A stretch of 64,000 nucleotides of DNA from the NCBI GenBank assembly GCA_019358915.1, contig JAHHIM010000009.1, forward strand, positions 64,001-128,000, written 5' to 3'. The notes below the pieces were generated by a model. The model was not told the origin of the DNA, did not search any database, and saw only the letters and a list, made by a program, of their open reading frames with translations. This DNA comes from Trichormus sp. ATA11-4-KO1. Lineage in GTDB: Bacteria > Cyanobacteriota > Cyanobacteriia > Cyanobacteriales > Nostocaceae. The translations under genes were made by a program, and so were the position numbers. This document shows positions 10,817 to 19,354 of this stretch, piece after piece. Each line of letters starts with the position of its first letter. Within the stretch, counting starts at the first letter, position 1.

Positions 10817-11114
10817 GACTAATCTCAATTAATTGTGCGGCTTGTAGCTGTAGCAGCAATTCAATTAAATCGCGATCGCATTCTTCAGGTGTCACCTTAT
10901 ACTCTTGTAGAAGAGTCTGCTTGATATCTTTCACAGTTTTTGGTTCCTTAATCAAAGTCCATATCCTTGCTCCTACTTCATTCAGACTTTGGTAGACTCC
11001 AGACTTGAAGTTGAGAATAACTACTTCATCGCCAATATCGGAAGAGATTTGTTCCGGAACAGCTACTACTATTGAGGACTCTGAGATTTTGTGCTTGAGT
11101 TTGTGCGAGTTCAT
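10800..11114 (-). CDS. PqqD-family RiPP recognition element (lasso B1)
   Basis: EVVILNFKSGVYQSLNEVGARIWTLI pattern. Confidence 0.92.
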   Translation of the reverse strand: MNSHKLKHKISESSIVVAVPEQISSDIGDEVVILNFKSGVYQSLNEVGARIWTLIKEPKTVKDIKQTLLQEYKVTPEECDRDLIELLLQLQAAQLIEISHEKII

Positions 11115-11170
11115 CTGCTTATGTCCATTTAATTTTGGCTGGTGTGAGTATCAAAATCGTCATTATGGTT

Positions 11171-11323
11171 AACCTGAGTTTGATGACCTCTCCCCAACCC
11201 CTCTCCGTGTCGGAGAAGGGCTTAAATATCTTGAAAGCTCAACGAGAAATTAAGGTTTTGCAGCCTCTCTCCTGCAAGGGGAGAGGTTTGGAGAGGGGTT
11301 TTTCAACTTGTCAAACTCACGTT
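11171..11323. mobile_element. MITE with 13-bp TIRs and a 6-bp target-site duplication
   Basis: AACCTGAGTTTGA ... TCAAACTCACGTT (12/13 match), flanked by ATGGTT at 11165-11170 and 11324-11329; internal CCCCTCTCC/GGAGAGGGG stems. Confidence 0.8.
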
Positions 11324-11828
11324 ATGGTTAATAGCAAAAGTCTTCTCAAGAGGAATAAACTCCCTTGATGGCATAAATTTCAGTCCACTAAAGTGGACTT
11401 GGGTTATTAGCCAAGAAATAAATTTCTTGGCTGGAAATTGAGCGGATGCAAGATGCAAGCAAAGCTATTTACAAGCGTTCAGCCGTTATGCATGTAAACA
11501 AATCTGCCGATTTCGTTCAATAGGTTTTCTAAAACTATGCCAAAAGATGATGTTGATATCATGCATTACGGATACTGATTTATTGATATGTCTAAAGAAG
11601 TAAATAGTGTGCTTTTTTTTAGGCTCTATTGTCTAAAATGATACTAAACACTCCAACATCAATCATCTTTCATCACTCTCGTGAGAGAATAATATCTTAA
11701 AGCGCCCATCGCCTGGACTGTCATGATACTGGATAGGGTATATGGCAGTTGCCAATGTAGCTGAGGATATAAACTAATCATCAACCTTGGATACCAAGGG
11801 ATTTTTAAGTCTGTCCCCTGCTATATCA

Positions 11829-12899
11829 CTACCTAGAAGCCTTGGAAGTTAATGATAAATCCATTAAATTCGCCAGTTTGTACACAATCCGCGCCCCGAC
11901 ATTGCCATCCCACTCAGCATCACCAACTTCGCAGACATCAAAACCGATGATTTGGCGTAGCTTGCCACCGGAGGTATCGCTTTTTACCAATTCCCGGAAT
12001 AAACAAAAAGTTTGCTCTAATTCCCAGCCACCAGGAACGGGAGTACCTGTACTTGGGCAAAGCTTGGGATCAAGACCATCGACATCAAAGCTAATGTAAA
12101 CATGCTCTGGTAAATGGCTGATAATTTCTCGGCATAAATCAATCCAATTACTGCCAGAGTAAAGCTTTTGTTTAATAGCGGGGTCATAATAAGCGATAAT
12201 GCGATCGCCTGATTGCTCAATCATTGCCACTTCATCATGAGAAATATCACGCAAACCTACTTGTACTAATTTAGAAATTTGCGGGATTTTCAACGCATTA
12301 AACATGATAGATGCATGGGAAAACTCAAATCCCTCATAGGCAGCGCGTAAATCTGCATGGGCATCAATGTGTAAAATGCCGTAATTGGGGTATTTAACAG
12401 CTAATGCTTGAAAGTAGCCTAAAGGGGAACTGTGATCACCACCAATCACAGCGACTCGTTTACCATGATTAATTGCTGCTTGAGACTGATCAAACAGCCA
12501 TTGATTTACTTGTTGACTAGCTTGATTAATTTCTGTCAGTACAGGCGTTAAATCTGGTACATCCGTTAATGATTTTCCTTGCGCCAGTCGTTCAATAATT
12601 TTTGCTGCCAAGGTGCGATAGTATTTGTTCTTCTCCAAAATATCCTGGGGAATTTCCATCATGAAAATTCCCTGTTTCCAACCATCAGGATGATCAAAAT
12701 CGAACAAATCTAGTTGAGTCGAAGCATCCAGAATTCGCTGTGGCCCGTTGGCTGTACCTGCGCCATAAGATACAGTGACTTCCCACGGTACAGCAATGAT
12801 AATTAAGTTTGCCGACTCATAATCGCAGGGTAAACCCAAGATATTACCATTGATTTCACCTACGCCACTAGGATTATAGTCCGGTTGTTGAATACTCAT
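11829..12899 (-). CDS. Agmatinase/ureohydrolase family protein
   Basis: GGDHS, DAHAD, SFDVDGLDP and TGTPVPGG Mn-binding motifs. Confidence 0.92.
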   Translation of the reverse strand: MSIQQPDYNPSGVGEINGNILGLPCDYESANLIIIAVPWEVTVSYGAGTANGPQRILDASTQLDLFDFDHPDGWKQGIFMMEIPQDILEKNKYYRTLAAKIIERLAQGKSLTDVPDLTPVLTEINQASQQVNQWLFDQSQAAINHGKRVAVIGGDHSSPLGYFQALAVKYPNYGILHIDAHADLRAAYEGFEFSHASIMFNALKIPQISKLVQVGLRDISHDEVAMIEQSGDRIIAYYDPAIKQKLYSGSNWIDLCREIISHLPEHVYISFDVDGLDPKLCPSTGTPVPGGWELEQTFCLFRELVKSDTSGGKLRQIIGFDVCEVGDAEWDGNVGARIVYKLANLMDLSLTSKASR

Positions 12900-12953
12900 C
12901 AGCAGGGAACAGCTTTATCTCGTACCCAAATATCCTAACGAAAAAATGCCTAC

Positions 12954-13679
12954 CTACAACAAAGCTGCTATTAGTTGGTCAAAATTGCGTTGATATACCT
13001 GTTGTCCATACTTATTCCACTCTTCGTCTGAAGATTGGGGAAATCGTGTCAATGTTGCTCGTTGAATATATGTCATGATTGGGCGACGTAGATCCTCATA
13101 TTTCTTGAAAGCTGTAGCGATCGCTTCTCGATTATCCCAGTTATTCGTCTCAGCAATGTGCGCAATTAACGTTGTCACTGCTAATGCATCTTCAAATCCT
13201 TGATTCGCTCCCTGCGCCATGAAAGGAGGCATTCCATGAGCTGCATCGCCAACTAACACAACTCGTCCTGCACTCCAGGCCGGTTGAGTTTTGGTGTCAG
13301 ATGTGGTAGCGCGGTGAATGTGATATGGGCGTTGCTGCATATTAGTAGGGGGAGACAGACGAACTAATTCCTTGAGTACATGAGGAAAATCAACTTTTGC
13401 TAATTCCTCAAGTGCTAAATTAATCAAAGAACTTCCCGATTTTCCCTCTAAAGATTCGCAAGGCAAAGCCAAATGTAGTATATACCCAAATGGATTGCCT
13501 GGTCTACGAAATAACATCATTCTTGGCTCATCACCAATTGTCACTATTGGTGAATCTTGAAGAAATTGTTCTGCAATTTGTGTTTGTAGTTCGTTGGGGA
13601 TATCAGTTATTTCCCTACAAGATATAGCAGCAAATCCAGAATATTCAGGTCGGGCAAAATCACTGTAGGAACTATTGTG
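12954..13679 (-). pseudogene. 5'-truncated FAD-dependent monooxygenase
   Basis: C-terminal LVGDAAHGMPPFMAQGANQGFEDA motif; the frame extends upstream (HNSSYSDFARPEYSGFAAI) into a repeat remnant and has no GxGxxG N-terminus. Confidence 0.8.
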
Positions 13680-13763
13680 ACGCCCAGAGGGGAGTAAAAA
13701 GCCAAATTTTCCGTTACTCCTCCCTTTCCTTGCAGGAGAGGGAGAGGTTCGTCGAACTCACGT
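13680..13763. mobile_element. One-ended MITE remnant of the same family as 11171-11323
   Basis: Right end TCGAACTCACGT at 13752-13763 and GGAGAGG tracts; left TIR absent. Confidence 0.6.
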
Positions 13764-13768
13764 CAGCT

Positions 13769-15124
13769 TTATCGCATAGTCACAAATTCTTCGGCAGAAC
13801 TAGGATGGATTCCCACGGTGGCATCAAAATTAGCTTTAGTAGCACCCATCTTCACTGCGATCGCCACTCCTTGTATAATCTCGGCAGCGCTTGTGCCCAC
13901 CATATGCGCCCCTAGTACCTTATCGGTATTTTGGTCAACCACCAATTTCATCATGGTTTTTTCGTCTTTACCAGGTAAGGTGTAGTACATCGGCCGAAAG
14001 CGACTGCGATAAACTTTCACCGCATCACCATATTTTTCCCTGGCTTCTGCTTCAGTCAAACCAACGGTTGCAGCTTCTGGTGTGGTAAAGATGGCGGTGG
14101 GTACATTCTCATAACTCATAGTACGAGACTTATTGCCAAATACTGTATCCGCCAACGCCCGACCTTCATTAATCGCCACGGGAGTTAAATTAATGTTGTC
14201 AGTACAATCTCCCACCGCAAATATATTCTCTTCGTTGGTGCGACTGTACTTGTCAACTATAATTGCTCCTTCAGCATCTAGCTGGACTTTGGTGTTTTCC
14301 AAACCCAATTTTTGGGTGTTGGGTTTGCGACCAGTTGCAGCTAAACTAACTGCATCAACAACCACTGTCTCTTCAGATTCCCCATCTCTGCGAATTGTGA
14401 CTTTGATACCTGTGTCGTTTTTCTCAATGGCAATCAGTTGGGAGTTGTTGAGAATTTTAATTCCGTGGTTACCCATTGCTTGCTGAATCTCAGTCCGCAA
14501 ATCTTCATCGAAACCACGCAAAATCTTTTCGTTGCGAATCACTTGAGTAACTTCGCTTCCCATACCATTGAGGATACAAGCAAATTCTGAGCCGATGTAT
14601 CCTCCCCCCAAAATTACTATGCGTTGCGGCTGTTCTTGCAGATGGAAAATATCATCGGAGGTAATAGCGTGTTCAATTCCGGGAATATCTGGCTTGATGG
14701 GATATCCACCCACAGCAATTAAAATTTTGTCGGCGGTGACTTGGCTCTCCCCAACTACAATCGTATGAGCATCAATAAACTTGCCGTATCCCTCTAATAC
14801 TTCAACCTTGGAGTTATCCAGCATCCGTTGATAGATGCCGTTGAGGCGAGTTACTTCATTATTCACCGCCGTAATCATTTTTTCCCAATCCAGAGAACTT
14901 TTGACTGCACTCCAGCCGTAGCCTTCGGCATCCTCAAATAGATCAGGAAAATGAGAAGCGTATACCATTAACTTTTTGGGGACACAGCCACGATTTACGC
15001 AGGTTCCGCCTAGTCGGTCAAACTCAGCAATCCCCACTTTTGCACCATATTCCGCAGCCCTTCTGGCGGTTGCAATCCCACCAGATCCTGCACCAATTAC
15101 AAATAAGTCGAAATCGTAGCTCAT
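13769..15124 (-). CDS. gor: Glutathione-disulfide reductase
   Basis: GAGSGG, GGTCVNRGCVPKK, HPSSAEE. Confidence 0.97.
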   Translation of the reverse strand: MSYDFDLFVIGAGSGGIATARRAAEYGAKVGIAEFDRLGGTCVNRGCVPKKLMVYASHFPDLFEDAEGYGWSAVKSSLDWEKMITAVNNEVTRLNGIYQRMLDNSKVEVLEGYGKFIDAHTIVVGESQVTADKILIAVGGYPIKPDIPGIEHAITSDDIFHLQEQPQRIVILGGGYIGSEFACILNGMGSEVTQVIRNEKILRGFDEDLRTEIQQAMGNHGIKILNNSQLIAIEKNDTGIKVTIRRDGESEETVVVDAVSLAATGRKPNTQKLGLENTKVQLDAEGAIIVDKYSRTNEENIFAVGDCTDNINLTPVAINEGRALADTVFGNKSRTMSYENVPTAIFTTPEAATVGLTEAEAREKYGDAVKVYRSRFRPMYYTLPGKDEKTMMKLVVDQNTDKVLGAHMVGTSAAEIIQGVAIAVKMGATKANFDATVGIHPSSAEEFVTMR

Positions 15125-15222
15125 GTGTCCCTCGAATTTGAAATTTTCAATATGGGGAAATGGGGAGATGGGAAGTAACCAATGCCCAATTCCCCATGCC
15201 TTATGCCCAATACCTAAAAATG

Positions 15223-15771
15223 TTACACAGTCGCAGGAGTTTTAGCTCCTTTTAGGTAACCAAGCATGGTCTCTGCATCGGAGACTTCAAAGGGATCGGT
15301 GGGGCAGTTATCTTCGTAACCAGGCTCAATGAAAATCTTTTCAATTTTGCAGTCATTCACTACCATTGAGTAGCGCCAAGAGCGCAGACCAAAGCCCAGG
15401 TTAGACTTGTCAACTAACATCCCCATTTTGCGGGTGAATTCACCGTTACCATCGGGGAGTAAGAAGACCTTTTGAGCGCCTTGTTGCTTGCCCCATTGGT
15501 ACATCACAAAGGCATCATTCACAGATATACAAATTACTTCATCAACACCTAGGGCTTTGAAGTCATCATAGAGTTCTTCATAGCGGGGAAGATGAGAAGT
15601 GGAACAAGTGGGGGTAAAAGCTCCAGGTAGTGAGAACACTACAACACGCTTGCCACCAAAAATATCTTGAGTTGTGCGGTCTTCCCAACGAAAGGGGTTA
15701 GAACCACCAAGAGACTCGTCACGGACACGAGTTTTGAATACAACGTTAGGAACTCTTTCGATAACAGCCAT
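15223..15771 (-). CDS. Type II (Prx5-like) peroxiredoxin
   Basis: [14 protein letters not shown] and SVNDAFVM motifs. Confidence 0.95.
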   Translation of the reverse strand: MAVIERVPNVVFKTRVRDESLGGSNPFRWEDRTTQDIFGGKRVVVFSLPGAFTPTCSTSHLPRYEELYDDFKALGVDEVICISVNDAFVMYQWGKQQGAQKVFLLPDGNGEFTRKMGMLVDKSNLGFGLRSWRYSMVVNDCKIEKIFIEPGYEDNCPTDPFEVSDAETMLGYLKGAKTPATV

Positions 15772-15828
15772 ATTAACCTTATTGATCAGTTGGTGTATTA
15801 GCTTGTGATTGCGTTTTGCTCACGTATC

Positions 15829-15843
15829 TCAGAATAATTCTGA
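15829..15843. promoter_or_regulatory. Putative PerR/Fur-type 7-1-7 operator
   Basis: Perfect TCAGAAT-A-ATTCTGA palindrome between the divergent prx and Fur-family genes. Confidence 0.6.
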
Positions 15844-15970
15844 TTTAGGAAATATTCAATAGTTATAAATACTTAAAAAAATTATTCAATCAGACATAAC
15901 ATTAATTTATTACTGGGTGTGATTATAATAGGGAAACAAATCATTAAAAATGTAAAATGTAGCAGCAAAT

Positions 15971-16396
15971 ATGCAGCAAGAGACACACACAATTATTCAA
16001 ACCTTAAAGTCTAAGGGTTTGAGGGTGACTCCTCAGAGGTTTGCGGTCTATGCAAATTTGTTATCTCGTGCTGATCACCCCACAGTAGAGACCATTCTGG
16101 CCGATCTCAACAAAGATTTTCCCGTCTCGTCTCAGGCGACCATTTATAGTTCTCTGCAAGCTCTAAGAGAAGTGGGTCTTGTGCGAGAAGTTTTATTAGA
16201 GGAGGGGGTTTCTCGTTATGATGCGAATGTAGAACCCCATCACCACTTTTGCTGTCGCCAATGTGGTGCAATTGAAGATATTGGTTGGGATACATTCCAG
16301 TGTATAAGGCTAAAAAATTTGCGCCCTGGGTTACGTGGAGAAACTTATGAGGTAACGGTTCAGGGCTTGTGCGATCGCTGTAGTAGTCTTACTTAA
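15971..16396 (+). CDS. furC: Fur family regulator, PerR/FurC type
   Basis: GLRVTPQR, HHHFCCRQC, C-terminal CDRC; divergent from the peroxiredoxin. Confidence 0.85.
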   Translation: MQQETHTIIQTLKSKGLRVTPQRFAVYANLLSRADHPTVETILADLNKDFPVSSQATIYSSLQALREVGLVREVLLEEGVSRYDANVEPHHHFCCRQCGAIEDIGWDTFQCIRLKNLRPGLRGETYEVTVQGLCDRCSSLT

Positions 16397-18668
16397 GAAC
16401 CTGTTGCAAAGTCAGTAATAATTCATGGACAGTATAAGGCTTGGGCAAAAATGTATGCGTACCCGTGTTCATCACTTCCTCTAACTTATTTTTGGACATC
16501 AGACCACTAGTGGCAATAATTTTGACTTGGGGATTAATTTTTTGTAAGGTGCGGATAGCGGTAATACCATCCAATGAAGGCAACATAATATCCATCAGCA
16601 CAGCACTAATTTTATCTGCGTACTTAGCATACAGAGCGATCGCCTCAATGCCATCACTAGCAATCATAGTTTGGTATTGGTGAGTTTCCAGCGATGTCCT
16701 GGTAATATCCTGAATTGAGGGTTCATCATCCACAATGAGAATCAATTCTCCCTGTCCTGTGGGTATTGTCATCTCTTCTGGGTTGGATGTTTCTGTTCCT
16801 CCTACTGCTGGCAAGTACACCTTAAAACTAGTGCCACGACCTATCTCGCTATACACGTTGATAAAACCACCGTGGCTTTTAGTAATCCCAATGACAGTAG
16901 AAAGTCCTAATCCTGTACCTTGTCCTACTGGTTTGGTGGTGAAGAATGGCTCAAAAATTCGATCTAGAATTTCCTCAGGAATGCCAACTCCAGTATCAGT
17001 AACTGTAATCACGATATACAGTCCCGCTTGAGCTTCCAGGTTCATCCGCGCATAATTGGCATCAATCAAGAGGTTTTCGGCAGAGATAGTTAAAGTACCG
17101 CCATTGGGCATAGCGTCGCGGGCATTGACACATAGATTCATCAGTACCTGATGCAGTTGGGTACTATCGCCAGAAACCATCCACAAGTCGTGTGGTACGT
17201 CAGTATAAATTTCGATGGATTTGGGGAAGGTTTCTTTGAGAATTTTGGCAACTTCTACAATCAGGTGTCTCATTTGTAAAGTAATGCGCTTACCCTCTAC
17301 ACCCCTAGCAAACGACAGCACCTGCTTGACTAAATCGGCTCCCCGTTTAGCGTTAATTTCCAGAATTTCCAACAACCGCCGAGTTCGTTCATCAGCATCG
17401 GGAAATTTTAGTGGTAGAAGTTGCGCTCCTGCCAAAATCGGTGTCAGAATATTATTCAGGTCGTGAGCAATGCCACTAGCTAGTGTACCGATACTTTCTA
17501 GGCGTTGAGCGCGGAACAATTGTGCTTCTAAGCGTTTCTTTTCAGTAATGTCCGTATCAACAATCAGAATTGATTTCGGATTTCCCTGGGCGTCGCGTAC
17601 CAAACTCCAACGGCTAGCTACTAGAACTTCCTTCCCAGTTTTGGTGATTTTAGTTAACTCACCCTGCCACTGACCGTTAGTAATAATATTCAATAAAGCT
17701 GTTTGAATTTCCTGAGATGCTTGGTGATACAGAAGCTGACTGGCATTTTTGCCCAAAGCTGCTTGAGCCTGCCAACCGTAGAGATTTTCTGCACCTTTAT
17801 TCCAAAAGAGAATGTGATTTTCTAAATCGCATACACAAATTGCATCAGTAGCAATGTCTAGTAAGGCTGCTTGTTCGCGAATTTTTTCTTCAGCCAACTT
17901 GCGTTCGTGCAACGCGGCTTGCCGTTCGCTGATGTCGATACTGGCGCAAGTTATACCGATAATTTCTTGCGACTCATTCCGCAATGGCTCGACAGTCAAG
18001 TCATAATAGCGAATTCCTTGAGGTGTGGTGATGGATACTTCCTCACGAGTCCCTATGCCGTTGGTCAGTACACTATGTTTAATAGCCATGAGACGCTGGG
18101 CATCTTTAGCTGGGATGAGATCAAAGTCATGTTTACCCAACATGTCCTCACCCGTCCACCCAGACATGGAATTATAAACCCAGGTATAACGTAAATCTTG
18201 ATCTTGGTTGAAAACAAAGATAGGAGAATTTTTCAGAGCCACCCGAAATCGCTCTTCACTCTGCCGCAGGGCATTTTCTGACCGTTGACGCTCAATGGCG
18301 TAGCGCATGGAACGTACCAACAAGTCACCAGTCACTTGTCCTTTAACCAAATAATCCTGTGCGCCTTCCTGCATTGCCCGGAGTGCCAGGGTTTCATCAT
18401 CTATACCTGTCAGCACAATAATCGGAGTTGCTTTTGCCTGACGAGCCACTTTGATAAAGGTTTCTAGTCCCTGGCTATCAGGCAGTGAAAGGTCTAATAG
18501 TATGACATCAAAGCTGTCGTTAGCTAAACACTCCAGTGCTTCCAAGAGCTGCTCAACTGGCTGCAACTCAACTTTAGCTGTAGTCACTTCTTTTAATAAC
18601 TCTTGCAATAAAAAGACATCACCAGGGTTATCTTCAACTAACAAGACTTTAATCAGTTTTCCTGCCAT
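16389..18668 (-). CDS. Hybrid histidine kinase (REC-PAS-PAS-HK-REC)
   Basis: N-terminal LLDLSLPD receiver, AHDLNN H-box, GTGLGL, C-terminal VLMDIMLP receiver. Confidence 0.93.
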   Translation of the reverse strand: MAGKLIKVLLVEDNPGDVFLLQELLKEVTTAKVELQPVEQLLEALECLANDSFDVILLDLSLPDSQGLETFIKVARQAKATPIIVLTGIDDETLALRAMQEGAQDYLVKGQVTGDLLVRSMRYAIERQRSENALRQSEERFRVALKNSPIFVFNQDQDLRYTWVYNSMSGWTGEDMLGKHDFDLIPAKDAQRLMAIKHSVLTNGIGTREEVSITTPQGIRYYDLTVEPLRNESQEIIGITCASIDISERQAALHERKLAEEKIREQAALLDIATDAICVCDLENHILFWNKGAENLYGWQAQAALGKNASQLLYHQASQEIQTALLNIITNGQWQGELTKITKTGKEVLVASRWSLVRDAQGNPKSILIVDTDITEKKRLEAQLFRAQRLESIGTLASGIAHDLNNILTPILAGAQLLPLKFPDADERTRRLLEILEINAKRGADLVKQVLSFARGVEGKRITLQMRHLIVEVAKILKETFPKSIEIYTDVPHDLWMVSGDSTQLHQVLMNLCVNARDAMPNGGTLTISAENLLIDANYARMNLEAQAGLYIVITVTDTGVGIPEEILDRIFEPFFTTKPVGQGTGLGLSTVIGITKSHGGFINVYSEIGRGTSFKVYLPAVGGTETSNPEEMTIPTGQGELILIVDDEPSIQDITRTSLETHQYQTMIASDGIEAIALYAKYADKISAVLMDIMLPSLDGITAIRTLQKINPQVKIIATSGLMSKNKLEEVMNTGTHTFLPKPYTVHELLLTLQQVLK

Positions 18669-18673
18669 TTTTA

Positions 18674-19120
18674 TTACTCCGGTGGCAGTTTTACGATCGC
18701 AAACCAGAAGTTTTCGATGGATTGTACAATTTTAACGAATTGGTCGAAGTCCACTGGCTTAGTGATAAAACAATTAGCAGACAGGTTATAAGCTTTGAGA
18801 ACATCTTCTTCTGATTGAGAAGTTGTCAAAACAACTACAGGTATTCGCTTAAGACTCTGATCGGCTTTAATTTCTGCCAGCACCTCTCGCCCATCCTTTC
18901 TCGGTAAATTTAAATCGAGCAGTACAATATCTGGATGAGGCGCACTAGCATAATTTTCCTGTTTTCGCAAGAAGGCCATGGCCTCTACACCATCTTCAAC
19001 CACATTTAGATTAACGGAGATTTTGCTATCTTCCAGGGCAATGCGTGTTAGTTGAGCATCGCCGGGATTGTCTTCTACTAACAAAACCTCTATAGGCATA
19101 ATTGCTATTGTCGTCTTCAC
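18674..19120 (-). CDS. Single-domain response regulator, Rcp1-like
   Basis: [30 protein letters not shown]...FWF. Confidence 0.93.
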   Translation of the reverse strand: MKTTIAIMPIEVLLVEDNPGDAQLTRIALEDSKISVNLNVVEDGVEAMAFLRKQENYASAPHPDIVLLDLNLPRKDGREVLAEIKADQSLKRIPVVVLTTSQSEEDVLKAYNLSANCFITKPVDFDQFVKIVQSIENFWFAIVKLPPE

Positions 19121-19354
19121 GATTGTTTACCTTTCCCAGTGCTGAGTGCTGAGTGCTGAGTAGAGTAAAAAGGACGTACTTGGTACATCCCCCTGGTTTT
19201 TCAACTCAGTACAAGCTTTAAGCGCAGCTATGCCCGCAGGGCTGTACAGCACTTTCAACGATCGCACTTTTTACAGAATTTGGGATTGGGTACTGAGATG
19301 AAAAACTGAGATTTTTGTATACAGTTTTCTTCATCCCTAATCCCTAGTCATGCT

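Noticed and set aside
11135..11368. 77-aa ORF upstream of the lasso cluster
   Set aside because: It lies almost wholly within the MITE and has no protein features.
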